64,000 nt of DNA from contig NC_135901.1 in the NCBI RefSeq assembly GCF_964194155.1, positions 23,188,001 to 23,252,000 on the forward strand, written 5' to 3'. Positions within the stretch are counted from its first letter, which is position 1, and each line of letters starts with the position of its first letter. The notes beneath the pieces are model-generated. The model was not told the DNA's origin and did no database searches. It worked only from the letters and a program-made list of their open reading frames with translations. This stretch comes from Cetorhinus maximus (lineage: Eukaryota). Of the stretch, positions 50,982 through 63,040 are shown piece after piece. A program made the translations under genes and the position numbers.

Positions 50982-53207
50982 AAAGAAAAACAGAAACAGA
51001 AATACCTGGAAAAACTCAGCAGGTCTGGCAGCATCGGCGGAGGAGAGCACAGTTGACGTTTCGAGTCCTCATGACCCTTCAACAGAACTAAGTAAAAATA
51101 GGAAAGGGGTGAAATATAAGCTGGTTTAAGGCGGGAGGGGGGGTGGGGTGGTGTGGTTGTTGGGACAAGCAGCCAGTAATAGGTGGAGATAACCAAAAGA
51201 CGTCACAGACAAAAGTGCAAAGAGGTGTTGAAGGTGGTGATATTATCTAAAGGAATGTGCTAATTAAGAGTGGAAAGCAGGACAGATAAGGTACAGATAG
51301 CTCTAGTGGGGGTGGGGGAATACTAAAAGTGCTAAAAGGTAGAGATAAACAATGAGTGGAAATACATTTAAAAATAATGGAAATAGGTGGGAAAAGAAAA
51401 GTCTATATAAGTTATTGGAAAAAACAAAAAGGAGGGGGAAGAAACGGAAAGGGGGTGGGGATGGAGGAGAGAGTTCAAGATCTAAAATTGTTGAACTCAA
51501 TATTCAGTCCGGAAGGCTGTAAAGTGCCTAGTCAGAAGATGAGGTGCTGTTCCTCCAGTTTACGTTGAGCTTCACTGGAGCAATGCAGCAAGCCAAGGAC
51601 AGACATGTGGGCATGAGAGCAGGGTGGAGTGTTGAAATGGCAAGCGACAGGGAGGTCTGGGTAATGCTTGCGGACAGACTGAAGGTGTTCTGCAAAGCGG
51701 TCACCCAGTCTGCGTTTGGCCTCTCCAATGTAGAGGAAACCGCATTGGGAGCAACGAATGCAGTAGACTAGGTGAGGGAAGTGCAAGGGAAATGCTGCTT
51801 CACTCGAAAGGAGTGTTTGCGTCCTTGGATGGTGAGGAGAGAGGAAGTGAAGGGGCAGGTGTTGCATCTTCTGCGGTCGCATGGCAAGGTGCCGTGGGAG
51901 GGGGTTGAGTAGGGGGTGATGGAGGAATGGACCAGGGAGTCACGGAGGGAACGATCCCTACGGAATGCCGCCAGGGTGGGTGAAGGGCAGATGTGTTTGG
52001 TGGTGGCATCATGCTGGAGTTGGCGGAAATGGTGGAGGATGATCCTTTGAATGCGGAGGCTGGTGGGGTGATAAGTGAGGACAAGGGAGACCCTATCATG
52101 TTTCTGGGAGGGAGGAGAAGGCATGAGGGCGGATGCGCGGGAGATGGGCCGGACACGGTTGAGGGCCCTGTCAACCACCGTGGGTGGAAAACCTCGGTTA
52201 AGGAAGAAGGAGGACATGTCAGAGGAACTGTTTTTGAAAGTGGCATCATCAGAACAGATGCAACGGAGGCAAAGGAACTGAGAGAATGGGATGGAGTCCT
52301 TACAGGAAGTGGGGTGTGAGGAGCCGTAGTCGAGGTAGCTGTGCAAGTCGGTAGGCTTGTAATGGATATTGGTGGACAGTCTATCACCAGAAATTGAGAC
52401 AGAGAGGTCATGGAAGGGAAGGGAAGTGTCAGAGATGGACCATGTGAAAATGATGGCGGGGTGGAGATTGGAAGCAAAGTTAATAAATTTTTCCAGGTCC
52501 CGACGAGACCATGAAGCAGCACCGAAGTAATCATCGATGTACCAGAGAAAGAGTTGTGGGAGGGGGCCGGAGTAGGACTGGAACAAGGAATGTTCCACAT
52601 ACCCCATAAAGAGACAGGCATAGCTGGGGCCCATGCGGGTACCCATAGCCACACCTTTTATTTGGAGGAAGTGAGAGGAGTTAAAGGAGAAATTGTTCAG
52701 TGTGAGAACAAGTTCAGCCAGACGGAGGAGAGTATTGGTGGATGGGGATTGTTCGGGCCTCTGTTCAAGGAAGAAGCAGAGAGCCGCCAGACCATCCCGG
52801 GGGGGTGGATGGAAGTGTAGAGGGATTGGACGTCCATGGTGAAGTTGGGGCCAGGGAACTGGAAATTGTTGATGTGACGTAAGGTGTCAGAGGAATCACG
52901 GATGTCGGTGGGAAGGGACTGGACAAGAGGAGAGAGAAGGGAGTCAAGATAGCGAGAAATGAGTTCCGTGGGGCAGGAACAGGCTGACACGATCGGGCTG
53001 CCGGGACAGTCCTGTTTGTGGATTTTGGGTAGGAGGTCCAAGGTTGGGCGACTATCAGGTTGGAAGCTGTGGAAGGAAGATCTCCAGAGGAGATGAGGTC
53101 AGTGACAGTCCTGGAAACAATGGCTTGATGTTCAGTGGTGGGGTCATGGTCCAGGGAGAGGTAGGAGGAAGTGTCTGCGAGTTGACGCTCAGCCTCCGCG
53201 AGGTAGA
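50982..53207 (-). mobile_element. Penelope-like element, 5'-truncated (RT + GIY-YIG endonuclease, frameshifted)
   Basis: LPKIHK..PIVS, MDVQSLYTSI, AMGTRMGPSYACLFM, YIDD; VYCIRCSQCGFLYIGEAKRRLGDRFAEH..PVACHFN. Confidence 0.95.
51051..51089 (-). ncRNA. Minimal type-I hammerhead ribozyme motif in the Penelope terminal repeat (core variant CUGUUGA)
   Basis: AGTT-CTGTTGA-A-GGGTC-ATGAG-GACTC-GAAAC-GTC-AACT: stem I AGTT/AACT, stem II, GUC cleavage triplet. Confidence 0.6.
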
Positions 53208-53354
53208 TCCTGGACTGACAGGGATGGATTTTGGTAACTCCTTTTACAAGGGGTTAGAAGGGGATTATGTCGACATGATAAGCTGCCACATCAAAGTTTA
53301 TTGCAAAAAATAAAAGCTCATGGTGTAGGGGAAACATTATAATGGATGGAAGAT

Positions 53355-54875
53355 TTTTTTAATCCACTTCTGGGATGTGGCTTCACTGACTGGACCAGCA
53401 TTTATTGTCCATCCCTAATTGCCCTTGAGAAGGTGATCGTGAGCTGCTTTCTTGAACTGCTGCAATCCATGTGGTGTAGGTACACCCACAGTGCTGTTAG
53501 GAAGAGAGCTCCAGGATTTTGACCCAGCGACAGTGAAGGATCGGCATTATATTTCCAAGTGAGTGATTTAGAGGGGAACTTCCAGATGGTGTTCCCATCT
53601 AACTGCTGCCCTTGTCCTTCTAGATGAGAGTGGTCGTGGGTTTGGAAGGTATTGTTGAAGGAGCCCTGGTGAATTCCTGCATTGCATCTTGTAGATGGTA
53701 CACACTGCTGCTACTGTGTGTCAGTGGTGGGGGGAGTGAATGTTTGAGGATATGATGCCAGTCAAGTGGGTTGCTTTTTCCTGGATGGTGTCCAGCTTTT
53801 TGAGTGTTGTGGGAGCTCCACTCGTCCAGGCAAGTGAAGAATATTTCATCATACTCCTGACTTGTGCCTTGTAGATGGTGGAACGGCATTGGTGAGTCAG
53901 GTTGTAAGTTACTCGTCACCCGATTCCTAGCCTCTGACCTGTGCTTATGGCCACAGTATTTATATAGCTGTTCCAGTTCAGTTTCTGGTCAGTGGTAACC
54001 CCCAGGATGTTGATAATGGGTATTTAGTGATGGTAATGCCATTGGACATCATGGGGCGATGGTTGGATTCTTTCTTTTTGGAAATGGTCATTACCTGACA
54101 CATGTGTGGCGCAAATGTTACTTGCCACTTGTCAGCCCAAGCCTGGATATTGTCCAGGTCTTGCTGCATTTGGAGATGGGCTGCTTCAGTATCTGAGGAG
54201 TTATAAATGGTGCTGAACATTGTGCAATCATCAGCGAACATCCCCACTTCTGACCTTATGATGGAAGGAAGGTCATTGATGAAGCAGCTGAAGATGGTTG
54301 GGCCGAGGACACTACCCTGAGGAACTCCTGCGGTGATGTCCTGGAGCTGAGATGACTGACCTCCAATAATCACAACCATCTTCCTTTGTGCTAGGTATGA
54401 CTCCATCCAGCGGAAAGTTTCCCCCCTGGTTCCCATTAACTCCAGTTTTGCTAGGGCCCTTGATGCCACACTCGGTCAAATGTGGCCTTGATCTGAAGGG
54501 CAGTCACTCTCACCTCACCTCGAGAGTTCAGCACTTTTGTCCATGTTTGAACCAAAACTGTAACGAGGTCAGGAGCCAAGTGGTTCTGGAGGAACCCAAA
54601 CTTGCTGTCAGTGAGCAGATTATTGCTAATCAAGTGCCGCTTGATAGCACTGTTAACGACCCCTTTCATTACTTTGCTGATGATAGAGGTTAGACTGATG
54701 GGGCAGTAAATGGCTGGGTTGGAGTTGTCCTGCTTTTTGTGTACAGGACATACCTGGGCAATTTTCCACATAGCCGGGTAGAGCCAGTGTTGTAGCTGTA
54801 CTGGAACAACTTGGCTAGGGGCGCAGCAAGCTCTGGAGCACAAGTCTTCAGTACTTTTGCCGGAATCTTGTCATG
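53355..54875 (-). mobile_element. LINE family B, RT + 3' tail (longest copy)
   Basis: WKIAQVCPVHKK..YCPISL, VPQGSVLGPTIFSCFINDLP..MFADDCTMF..WADKWQVTFAP. Confidence 0.9.
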
Positions 54876-55368
54876 GTTGGCTAGCAGAAAACAGAAACAT
54901 CATAAATGGCTCTTTTTCTGATTAACAGGATGTGACAAGTGGAGTCCCGCAGGGGCCTGTGCTGGGGCCTCAACATTTTCTAATTTATATCAATGACTTA
55001 GAAGAGGGGAGTGAAGGCAGCCAGCTAAATTTGCAGATGACACAAAGATAGGTTGGAAAGTATGTTGTGAAGAGGACATAAGCAGGTTGCAGACAGATAT
55101 AGATGAGTTGAATGAGTGGGCAAAAAATCTGGCAAATGGAGTAAAATGTTGGAAGTGTGAACTTGTTCACTTTGGCAGGAAGAATAAAAAAGCAGAGGAT
55201 TACTTAAATGGAGAATAGCTGCAGGATTCCAAGGGGCAGAGGGATCTAGGTGTTCTAATGTATTCGTCACAAAAAGTTAGGATGCAGATACAGCAAGTAA
55301 TTAAGAAAGCTAATGGAATGCTATCCTTTATTATGAGAGCAATTAAACATAAAAGTAAGGATGTTATG

Positions 55369-55621
55369 ATAAAAGCAAAATACTGCAGATGCTGTAAATC
55401 TGAAATAAAAACAGAAAATGCTGGAAAAACTCAGCAGGTCTGACAACATCCGTGGAGAGAGAAACTGGGTTAACGTTTCGAGTCTGCCTGACTCTTCAGA
55501 GCTAAAGAGAAGTCTCTTCAGCTCTGAAGAAGGGTCATACGGACTCGAAACGTTAACCCTGTTTCTCTCTCCACAGATGCTGTCAGATCTGCTGAGTTTT
55601 TCCAGAATTTTCTGTTTTTAT
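55369..55621. mobile_element. 253-bp palindromic Penelope-derived element with 13-bp TSD
   Basis: Inverted arms ~55405-55503 / 55520-55621; TAAGGATGTTATG at 55356-55368 and 55622-55634. Confidence 0.9.
55520..55558 (+). ncRNA. Minimal hammerhead ribozyme motif with intact catalytic boxes
   Basis: CTGAAGA (55524-55530)-A-GGGTC-ATACG-GACTC-GAAA-CG-TT; stem I weak in this copy. Confidence 0.6.
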
Positions 55622-56454
55622 TAAGGATGTTATGCTTCTGTTATACAGGGCATTGGTGAGACAACATCTCGAACCTTGCGTGCAGTTTTGGTCTCCTTAT
55701 TTAAGGAAGGATGTAAATGCATTGGAGGTGGTTCAGAGGAGGTTTACTAGATTGATACCTGGAATCAGTGGGTTGTCTTATGAGGAAAGGTTAGGCAGGC
55801 TGGGCTTGTTTCCACTGGAGTTTAGAAGAGTGAGGGTGACTTGATTGAAGTATATAATATCCTGAATGGTCTTGACAAGGTGGACGTGCAAAGGATGTTT
55901 CCGCTTGTGGGTGAGTCCAGGACAAGGGGGCACTGTTTTAAAATTAGGGGTTTCCCTTTAGGACAGAGGAGAAATTTTTCTTTGTGGGCTGTGTGACTTT
56001 GCCTCCGAAGGTCATCGAATATTTGTAAGGCAGAGGTAGGGAGACTCTTGTTTAGCAAGGGAATCAAAGGTTATCAGGGGTAGATGGGAATGTGGAATTC
56101 AAAACACATACAGATCAGCCATGATCTTATTGAATGGGTGAGCAGGCTGGAGGGGCTGAATGACCGACTCCTGCTCTTAGTTTGCATGTTCATATGTACA
56201 TAGTTAGCTCAAACCAAGACAAATGTTTGTCTGTTCTCAATTTTTATCCTAGAGTGACAATGATGGTATTTGGAAACCCCTTTTACAAGATATTAAAAGG
56301 GGAGAATTTGCCAACAGGAAACTCAAAACCAAGCATCACGTCAAGAAACAACAGCATCACTCGATCCAGCAGGACCGGGATATTATCAGCCTCTGAGTGT
56401 AAGCACTGAGTTTCAGATTATTACTACTCACTGTGTAAAAATGTTTTTCCTCAC

Positions 56455-56740
56455 ATCTAGAAGGACAAGGGCAGCAGACACATGGGAACACCACCACCTG
56501 GAAGTTCCCCTCCAAGTCACTCACCATCCTGACTTGGAAATATATTGGCTGTTCCTTCACTATCACTGGGTCAAAATCCTGGAACTCGCTTCCTAACAGC
56601 ACTGTGGGTGTACCTACATCACATGGACTGCAGCAGTTCAAGAAGGCAGCTCACCACCGCCTTCTCAAAGGCAGTTAAGGATGGGAATTAAATGCTGGCC
56701 TAGCCAGCAATGCTCACACCCCATGAATGAGTTAAAAAAA
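56455..56740 (+). mobile_element. LINE family B 3' end with poly(A)
   Basis: Inverse match to 53355-53625. Confidence 0.85.
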
Positions 56741-57219
56741 ATCCCCCTCTACCTTTTGCCTAAAACCTTAAATCTTGTGTCCCTTATCCTTTTACGAATT
56801 GAATGGGAACAGCTTTTCTTTATCTACCTTATCTAAATCTATTAGAAACTTGTACAACTCTATCAAATCTCCCCTCAATCTCCTGCACTCCAAGGAGAAC
56901 ACCCACAGTTTCACAAACAAACATTGCAATTAAAATCCCTCATACCTGGAACCATCAAATTCTGCACCATTTTTATTCCTCGTAATTCATTCTGCACACC
57001 CTGAATTGTTCACTCTTTCTCTCTCCACAGATACCAGCATATATTGCTAATTCCTCAGCATACATTGCTAATTCCAAGCTGCCTGTGGAGAAGATGATAT
57101 CTGACCTCCTTGAACCGCTGCAGCCCATGTGGTGAAGGTGCCTCCACAATGCTGTTCGGTAAGGAGTTACAGATTATTCACCCAGTGATGATGAAGGAAT
57201 GGCGATATATGTCCAAATC

Positions 57220-57870
57220 AATGACAATCAGTTGTTTTTATATCACACTTTTAATGCAATACAACGTTCCAAGACATTTCACAAAGCAACTTCTGACACT
57301 GAGCCACATGAGCAGATATTAGGGCAGGTGACCAAAAGCTTGGCTAAAGAGGTGGTTTTCAGGAGGTATTTCCAGAGCTTGGTCCCAGGCAACTGAAAGA
57401 ACGGCCACCAATGGTGGGGTGATTAATGTCGGGAATATTCAAGAGATAGAATTCAATGAACACATATTTTGGAGAAATGCGTGGGTAGAGGAGATTACTG
57501 ATAGGGATTGATCTCAAGATTACAGGGAGGTTGAATGTGGCTGACCGGCTGAGAGTGCATTAGGATAGTTAAGTCTAGAGGTAACAAAGGAATGGATGAT
57601 GGTTTCAACAGCAGGTAAACTAAGACGAGGGTGGAGTTGGGCACTGTGGTCTTGGTGATGATGTGTGTATGTGTTTGGAAGCTCATCTTGGGATGAAATA
57701 TTTCACCATGGTTGTGAACAGTCTGTTTCAGCCTCAGACAGTTGCCAGGGAGAGGGATGGACTCGGTGGCTCAGGAGTGGAGTTTGCCACTGGAACTGAA
57801 GACAAGGCTTCGGTCTTCCCAATACTTAAATGGAGGAAATTTCTGCTCATCCGGTGCTAGATGTCAGACA
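57220..57870 (-). mobile_element. L2 LINE 3' fragment
   Basis: L2-type tail near 57225-57290; paralog of 39060-39600. Confidence 0.7.
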
Positions 57871-58290
57871 AGTCAGGATGGTATGTGACTTGGAGGGGAA
57901 CTTGGAAGTGATGGTGTTCACATACACCTGCTACCCTGGTCCTTCTAGGTGATGGAGGTTGAGGGTTTGGGAGATTCTGTCAAAGTTCTGGTCGAGTTGT
58001 AGATATATAAAATCCCTCTCCTTCACCCACTGCCTCTCTAATGTCTCCATGTCTTCTTCCACTGAGGCTATTGTCTTGTGTAGGACCAGTCCGAGAGGCA
58101 GGTTCCCTTCCCTGAAGGACATTAGTGAACCAGTTGGGTTTTTAGGACAATCCAGCAGTTTTCATGGTCACTTTTTCCTAATGTCAGCCACACAAATGAC
58201 CAGATTCATTCAGCTCAATTTCGCAGCCTGCCTTTGTATTTTTGTGGGTTCTCTCTCACTCCCTTTTTTCTGTTTTCAATCAATTTCACA

Positions 58291-59350
58291 GGGGATTAGA
58301 AGCGGAGGATTTGCAGTCGGGAAACAAACCAAATATCACATCAGCATCTGATGGAGTCACCCAATTTATCGTAACCTGAATACCGTAGAACTTTGAACAT
58401 GGATGGAAAAAGCACTGTTCACAGTGGAGAGAAACCATGGAAATGTGGGGATTGTAAGGAGAGATTCAGTTACCCATCTGAGCTGGAAACTCATCGACGC
58501 ACTCACACTGAGGAGAGGCCGTTCACCTGCTCTACATGTGGAAAGGGATTCACTTGCTCATCCCAGCTGATTACACACCAGCGAGTTCACACTGGGGAGT
58601 TCACCTGCTCAGAGTGTGGGAAGGGATTCACTCAGTTTCCAACCTGCTAACATACCAGCGCATTCACACTGGGGACAGGCCATTCACACTTTTCAATGTC
58701 CAGACTGTGGGAAGTGCTATAAAAGTTCTGGGGACCTGATTACCCATCAACGTGTTCACACTGATGAGAGACCTTTCAGGTGCTCTCACTGCGGGACTGG
58801 GTTCAGGGGATCATTTCAACTCACTGTACACCAGTGAATTCACACTGATGAGAGACCTTTCATCTGCTACATGTGTGGGAAGGGATTCACTCAGTTATCC
58901 CATGTGCTGAGGCATGAAAGAGTTCACACTGATGAGAGACCTTTTAAATGCTTGGACTGCGGGAAGTGCTATAAAAGCTCGGGGGAACTGATGTCCCATC
59001 AACGTATTCACACTGACGAGAGACCGTTCAGGTGTTTTTACTGTGGGGCTGCATTCAGGGGATCATCTCAACTTTCTGTACATCAGCGAATTCACACTGG
59101 GGACAGGCCATTCACCTGCTCTGAGTGTGGGAAGGGATTCACTCAGTCATCCATACTGCTGAATCACCAGTGGGTTCACACTGGGGAGAGGCTGTTTAAT
59201 TGCTCCGAGTGTGGGAAGAGATTCACTCAGTCGTCCCACCTGCTCAGGCACCAGCGAGGTCACACAATGGAAAGTCGTTCACCTGCGCCAGGTTTGGGAA
59301 GAGATTCAGTCAGTCATCCATACTGCTGATTCACCAGTGAGTTCGCAAGT
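58291..59350 (+). pseudogene. C2H2 ZNF, about 11 fingers, frameshifts and stops
   Basis: ORFs 58393-58650, 58616-58837 and 58871-59329; TGA at 58835 and 59338; acceptor at 58290. Confidence 0.85.
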
Positions 59351-59529
59351 AACTACAGTGATTGGATTTTCTGTTAATCACATCCAGGACTGAAATATGC
59401 TTATTGGGATCTGTTTCTGCTGATGTTAATAAACTCCACACCATTAAAGGATATAATATTCAGGATAAAAGTCAAATAACTCACCTTTGTGCTAAACATA
59501 TAGTGTGTCGTGTCTTTTTAATATCTCTA

Positions 59530-60125
59530 ACACAGGTTAGTTCCTTTTGAAGTGATTTTCCTCTCCCCTGTCTCCACCATCCTCACCTCCGACAACAAGT
59601 GCAATGAGTTCATGGAGCTTCTTTGACACTAAGATTGAGACAATTTGATCAGCTGCCTCTCTGCTTCCTTCCCTTCCATTATCCCACCGGGCCAAACTGT
59701 CTAAAGCTCCTTCCTGCTGCAGCCCTGAACCTGCTTCTTTCTTTAGATTCTCTCCAATCTTCTCTCATGCCCTCTCAGAGCTTATCTTTTCCATAAAACC
59801 CGTCCTCCCTCACTATTCCCATCAAACTACAGATCACCCAACTTCCCCATGTTCGTTGATATTGTTAAAAGTTATCTCTCTTCAGCTACTGTCCTTCATT
59901 CCTTTCAATCTGTCATCATCACCCACTCCTCCATGATACAAACCCTTGACCCCAATGCCCTTGCAAAATACTGCCCCATCTCTAACCACCCTTTCCTTTC
60001 CAAAGTCATTGTCACCTCTCAAATCCATGCACATTTTCCCCAGAACTCCATGTTTAAATCCTTTCAATGAGATTTCTGCACCTGTCACAATATCAAAACA
60101 GCTCTTACTGAAGTCACAAATTACA
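59530..60125 (+). mobile_element. L2 ORF2 fragment directly after the ZNF polyA region
   Basis: TLDPNALAKYCPISNHPFLSKV L2-type motif. Confidence 0.75.
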
Positions 60126-60559
60126 TTCTGGTTACATCTAATTATAGCCAGAGAATCACCTGCAGTAACTGTGATTATTTTATTTACATTTTTACATACT
60201 GACTCTCTGGGTAAGTGATTAGGTGTCACTGAACTTTGACATAAAAATGTTCCATTATCACTCTCACTGTGACTGTATCTTGCAGGCCAAGTCCTTTCAA
60301 CTACAGCAGCTCTTCTGGATTCGATCAACAGGGAAAAGTGAAGACATGACAGTCCACAACCCAAGCTCACCGCTAATTGATAATTTCCATTTAAATACAA
60401 AGCATAGCTGAACATCTGTGTATTGCTCTGTTACAGACTTATTGAAACAGATTCTTTGCCAAGATTGGCCAACAGCTCCATTATTGAAGGATGTGGATGA
60501 TAGGAGATGGATCTTGGTTTTTCTTATTTTGCAATCCTGATGCCAGTAGAATCTCATCT

Positions 60560-60705
60560 TCACTTTCCCAGATTCAGACAAAGATCCGAAAAAGGGTCAT
60601 ACGGACTCGAAACGTTAACTCTGTTTCTCTCTCCACAGATGCTGCCAGGCCTGCTGAGTTTTTCCAGCATTCTCTGTTTTTATTTTAGATTTCCAACATC
60701 CGCAG
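60560..60705 (+). mobile_element. Penelope-derived short element
   Basis: CCGAAAAAGGGTCATACGGACTCGAAACGTTAACTCTG.. matches 55524-55621. Confidence 0.8.
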
Positions 60706-60744
60706 GGACTGATTTTATTTTAATGATTAACTGGGACTTAGCCT

Positions 60745-61200
60745 CTAATGCCGTCCGAATTACCCACAATCCCGTGCGCATCAGAAACCGGTCTATCTGC
60801 CACGGGTTGGCCGCGCATGTTCGGAGGGTCCTGGTCTCTTTGTTTGAGGTTGTTCCCGGAGCGAAGCCGGAAGCGGCGGATAGTGAGAGTGGAGAATGTT
60901 CATTGTTTAATATTTGGCCCTGGGGCCGCACTCGGGATTTGTAAACCCCGCCCGGGGTTTATTAACCCGCTCCCGACAGTGACCTCTCACCTAACAGGTC
61001 ACAATGCCCGGCTGATTTAAGGCAGCTTCGGACCAATAGGAAGAGAGGGGCGGGAGTATAGGACAGAGCGAAGCGGTTTGTCCTCCAACCAATCGGAGTG
61101 ATGGAGAGGCGGGGCTAGGCTGTGAATGATGCATGCGCAGTACTGAAACCGGAGCTGGATGAAGGAGCGGGCGAGCTCAGATCACAAAGGGTGAGAAGTG
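60745..61200. promoter_or_regulatory. Inverted paralog of the 18.6-19.0 kb bidirectional promoter
   Basis: 60830-61020 is near-identical to the reverse complement of 18790-18990; SBS-like TACCCACAATCCCGTGCG 60761-60778; two CCAAT boxes; donor GG|GTGAGA at 61191. Confidence 0.8.
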
Positions 61201-61205
61201 AAGTC

Positions 61206-61425
61206 GGCGGCTGGAGATTCTGCACCGGGGGGAGCCTGGGAACCGCGCGCAAGCTCAGAGGGCGGCTGGAGATGGTGAATCGGGGGGAGCCTGGAAACCG
61301 CGCGCGACCTCAGAGGGCGACTGGAGATTGTGCACAGGGGGGAGCCTGGAAACCGCGCGCGAGCTCAGAGGGCGGCTGGAGATGGTGAACCGGGGGGAGT
61401 CTGGAAACAGCGCGCGAGCTCAGAG
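61206..61425 (+). repeat. 55-bp CpG-rich tandem repeat, 4 copies (ABAB)
   Basis: Units start at 61206, 61261, 61316 and 61371. Confidence 0.95.
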
Positions 61426-61890
61426 GGGAGACAGTGGCCTAGTGGTAATGTCACTGGGCTAGAAATCCAGTGATCCTGGTCTGAGGATATGGGTTCGAAT
61501 GGCAGCTGGTGGGCTTTAAATTCAGTGACTAAATCAGTCATAGTGACCATAAAACTATCATCGATTGTGGTGAACCCCATCTGATTCATTAATGTCCCTT
61601 TAGGGAAGGAAACCTGCCGTGCTTACCAAGTCTGGTCTACATGTGACTCCGGACCCACAGTGATGTGGTTCATTCTGAAACAGTCAAGCCCAGAAGGAAA
61701 AAAAAGCAGTTTGGACTAATACTCTTAATTCCCAGTTTTTAACTGCTGTTCCATTCTAAGTTATACAAGGCTATTTCCGACCAGCATTCTTATTTCCCAG
61801 GTTTTACTGTTTTTTTCCTCCTGAGAAGTCACACAATTCAAGGGCAATGAGGGATGGGCAACGCCCACATCCTAATATAGAATAAAAAAA
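61426..61890 (+). mobile_element. tRNA-derived SINE, near full-length, with LINE-B-type tail
   Basis: A box TGGCCTAGTGG, B box GGTTCGAAT, tail TTCAAGGGCAATGAGGGATGGGCAAC..AATAAAAAAA. Confidence 0.8.
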
Positions 61891-62029
61891 CAAATGATGA
61901 GTGCATAACTGGAGACCCTGATGACTGGCCTGTCTTACTGCGGGCAACTGCCTTTCACCATCTTGGGAGGGAAGGAGGTGGGGGGAGGTGAATGGCTGGC
62001 AATATTGGTGAGGGAATTGTCATTTGTGG

Positions 62030-63040
62030 GAGAGAATTCCAAACTTTTCCCAGCCTTTGTGTCAACAATTGTTACCTAATTTCGCTCTGGAAAACCTGGC
62101 TACAATTTTTAGACTATTTCCCTTGACCTAGACTCCCCAGTCAGCAGAAATAATTTCTCTCAATCTTGGATTAAATCACCCTTTAATTTACTAAATTCCA
62201 GGAAACAATCTTGAGTTTCAGTCATCTCTCCTGATAATTTAATTTCAGGTATCATGATGACTAGAAAAGCATCTGGATACACAAGCCCTGGTCAGACCAC
62301 ACCTGGAGAACTGTGTTCAGTTCTGGGAAGGATATATTGCCCTTGGAGAGAGTGCAGCACAGATTTACCTGAATGATACCTGGACTCCAAGAGTTAAGTT
62401 GTTAGGAGAGATGACACAAGCGTGTGTTGTATTTCCTGGAATTAAGAATAAGGGGTGATTTGATCAAAGTTTTCAAGATATTAATTGGAACTGATTGGGT
62501 AAAGAGACATGATTTCCACTGGTTGGGGAATCTGGGACTGGGGGCATAGTGTAAATATGAGAGCCAGACCTTTCAGGAATGAAGTTAGCAAACACTTCTA
62601 CACACAGAGGGAGGTAGAAGTTAGGAACTCTGTTCCACAAACAGCAGTTGATGCGAGATCAATGTTAATGTTGAATCTGACATTGAACGATCTTTGTTAA
62701 CTAAAGCTATTAATGGATATGGGGAAAAGGCAGGTGTATAAAGTTAGATCACAGATCAGCCATGATTTCATTGCTTGGTGGAACAGACTCAAGGGGATAA
62801 ATGACCAAATCCTAGAATCAAAGAAACTTACAGCACAGAAAGGCCATTCAACCCTTTGTGCTTGTGCTGTCTATTTGAAAGAGCAGTCATGTTTCGTCCC
62901 TCACACCCACTTTCTGTTTGTAATCATTAAGTTCTTCATTATCAAATACCTGTCAACTCCCTGTTAAAAGTTCCTTATAGAATCAGGTTCCACCACCTTT
63001 TGATGTAGAGAGTTACCGATCCTGACAACTCTCTGCTGAT
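62030..63040. mobile_element. CR1 3' fragments (62030-62250 minus, 62270-62810 plus, 62810-63040 minus)
   Basis: AGACCACACCTGGAGAACTGTGTTCAGTTCTGG and tail motifs. Confidence 0.7.

Larger units (their letters stand above)
53270..56195 (+). mobile_element. CR1 RT/3' region interrupted by LINE-B (53355-54875) and a palindromic element (55369-55621)
   Basis: CR1 sequence is continuous across both inserts; RQHLEPCVQFWSPYLRKD..VQRRFTRLIPG. Confidence 0.88.

Noticed and set aside
50636-51196. 186-aa ORF and similar ORFs containing ETLTLFLSPQML
   Set aside because: Chance frames across promoter DNA and the non-coding Penelope terminal repeat.
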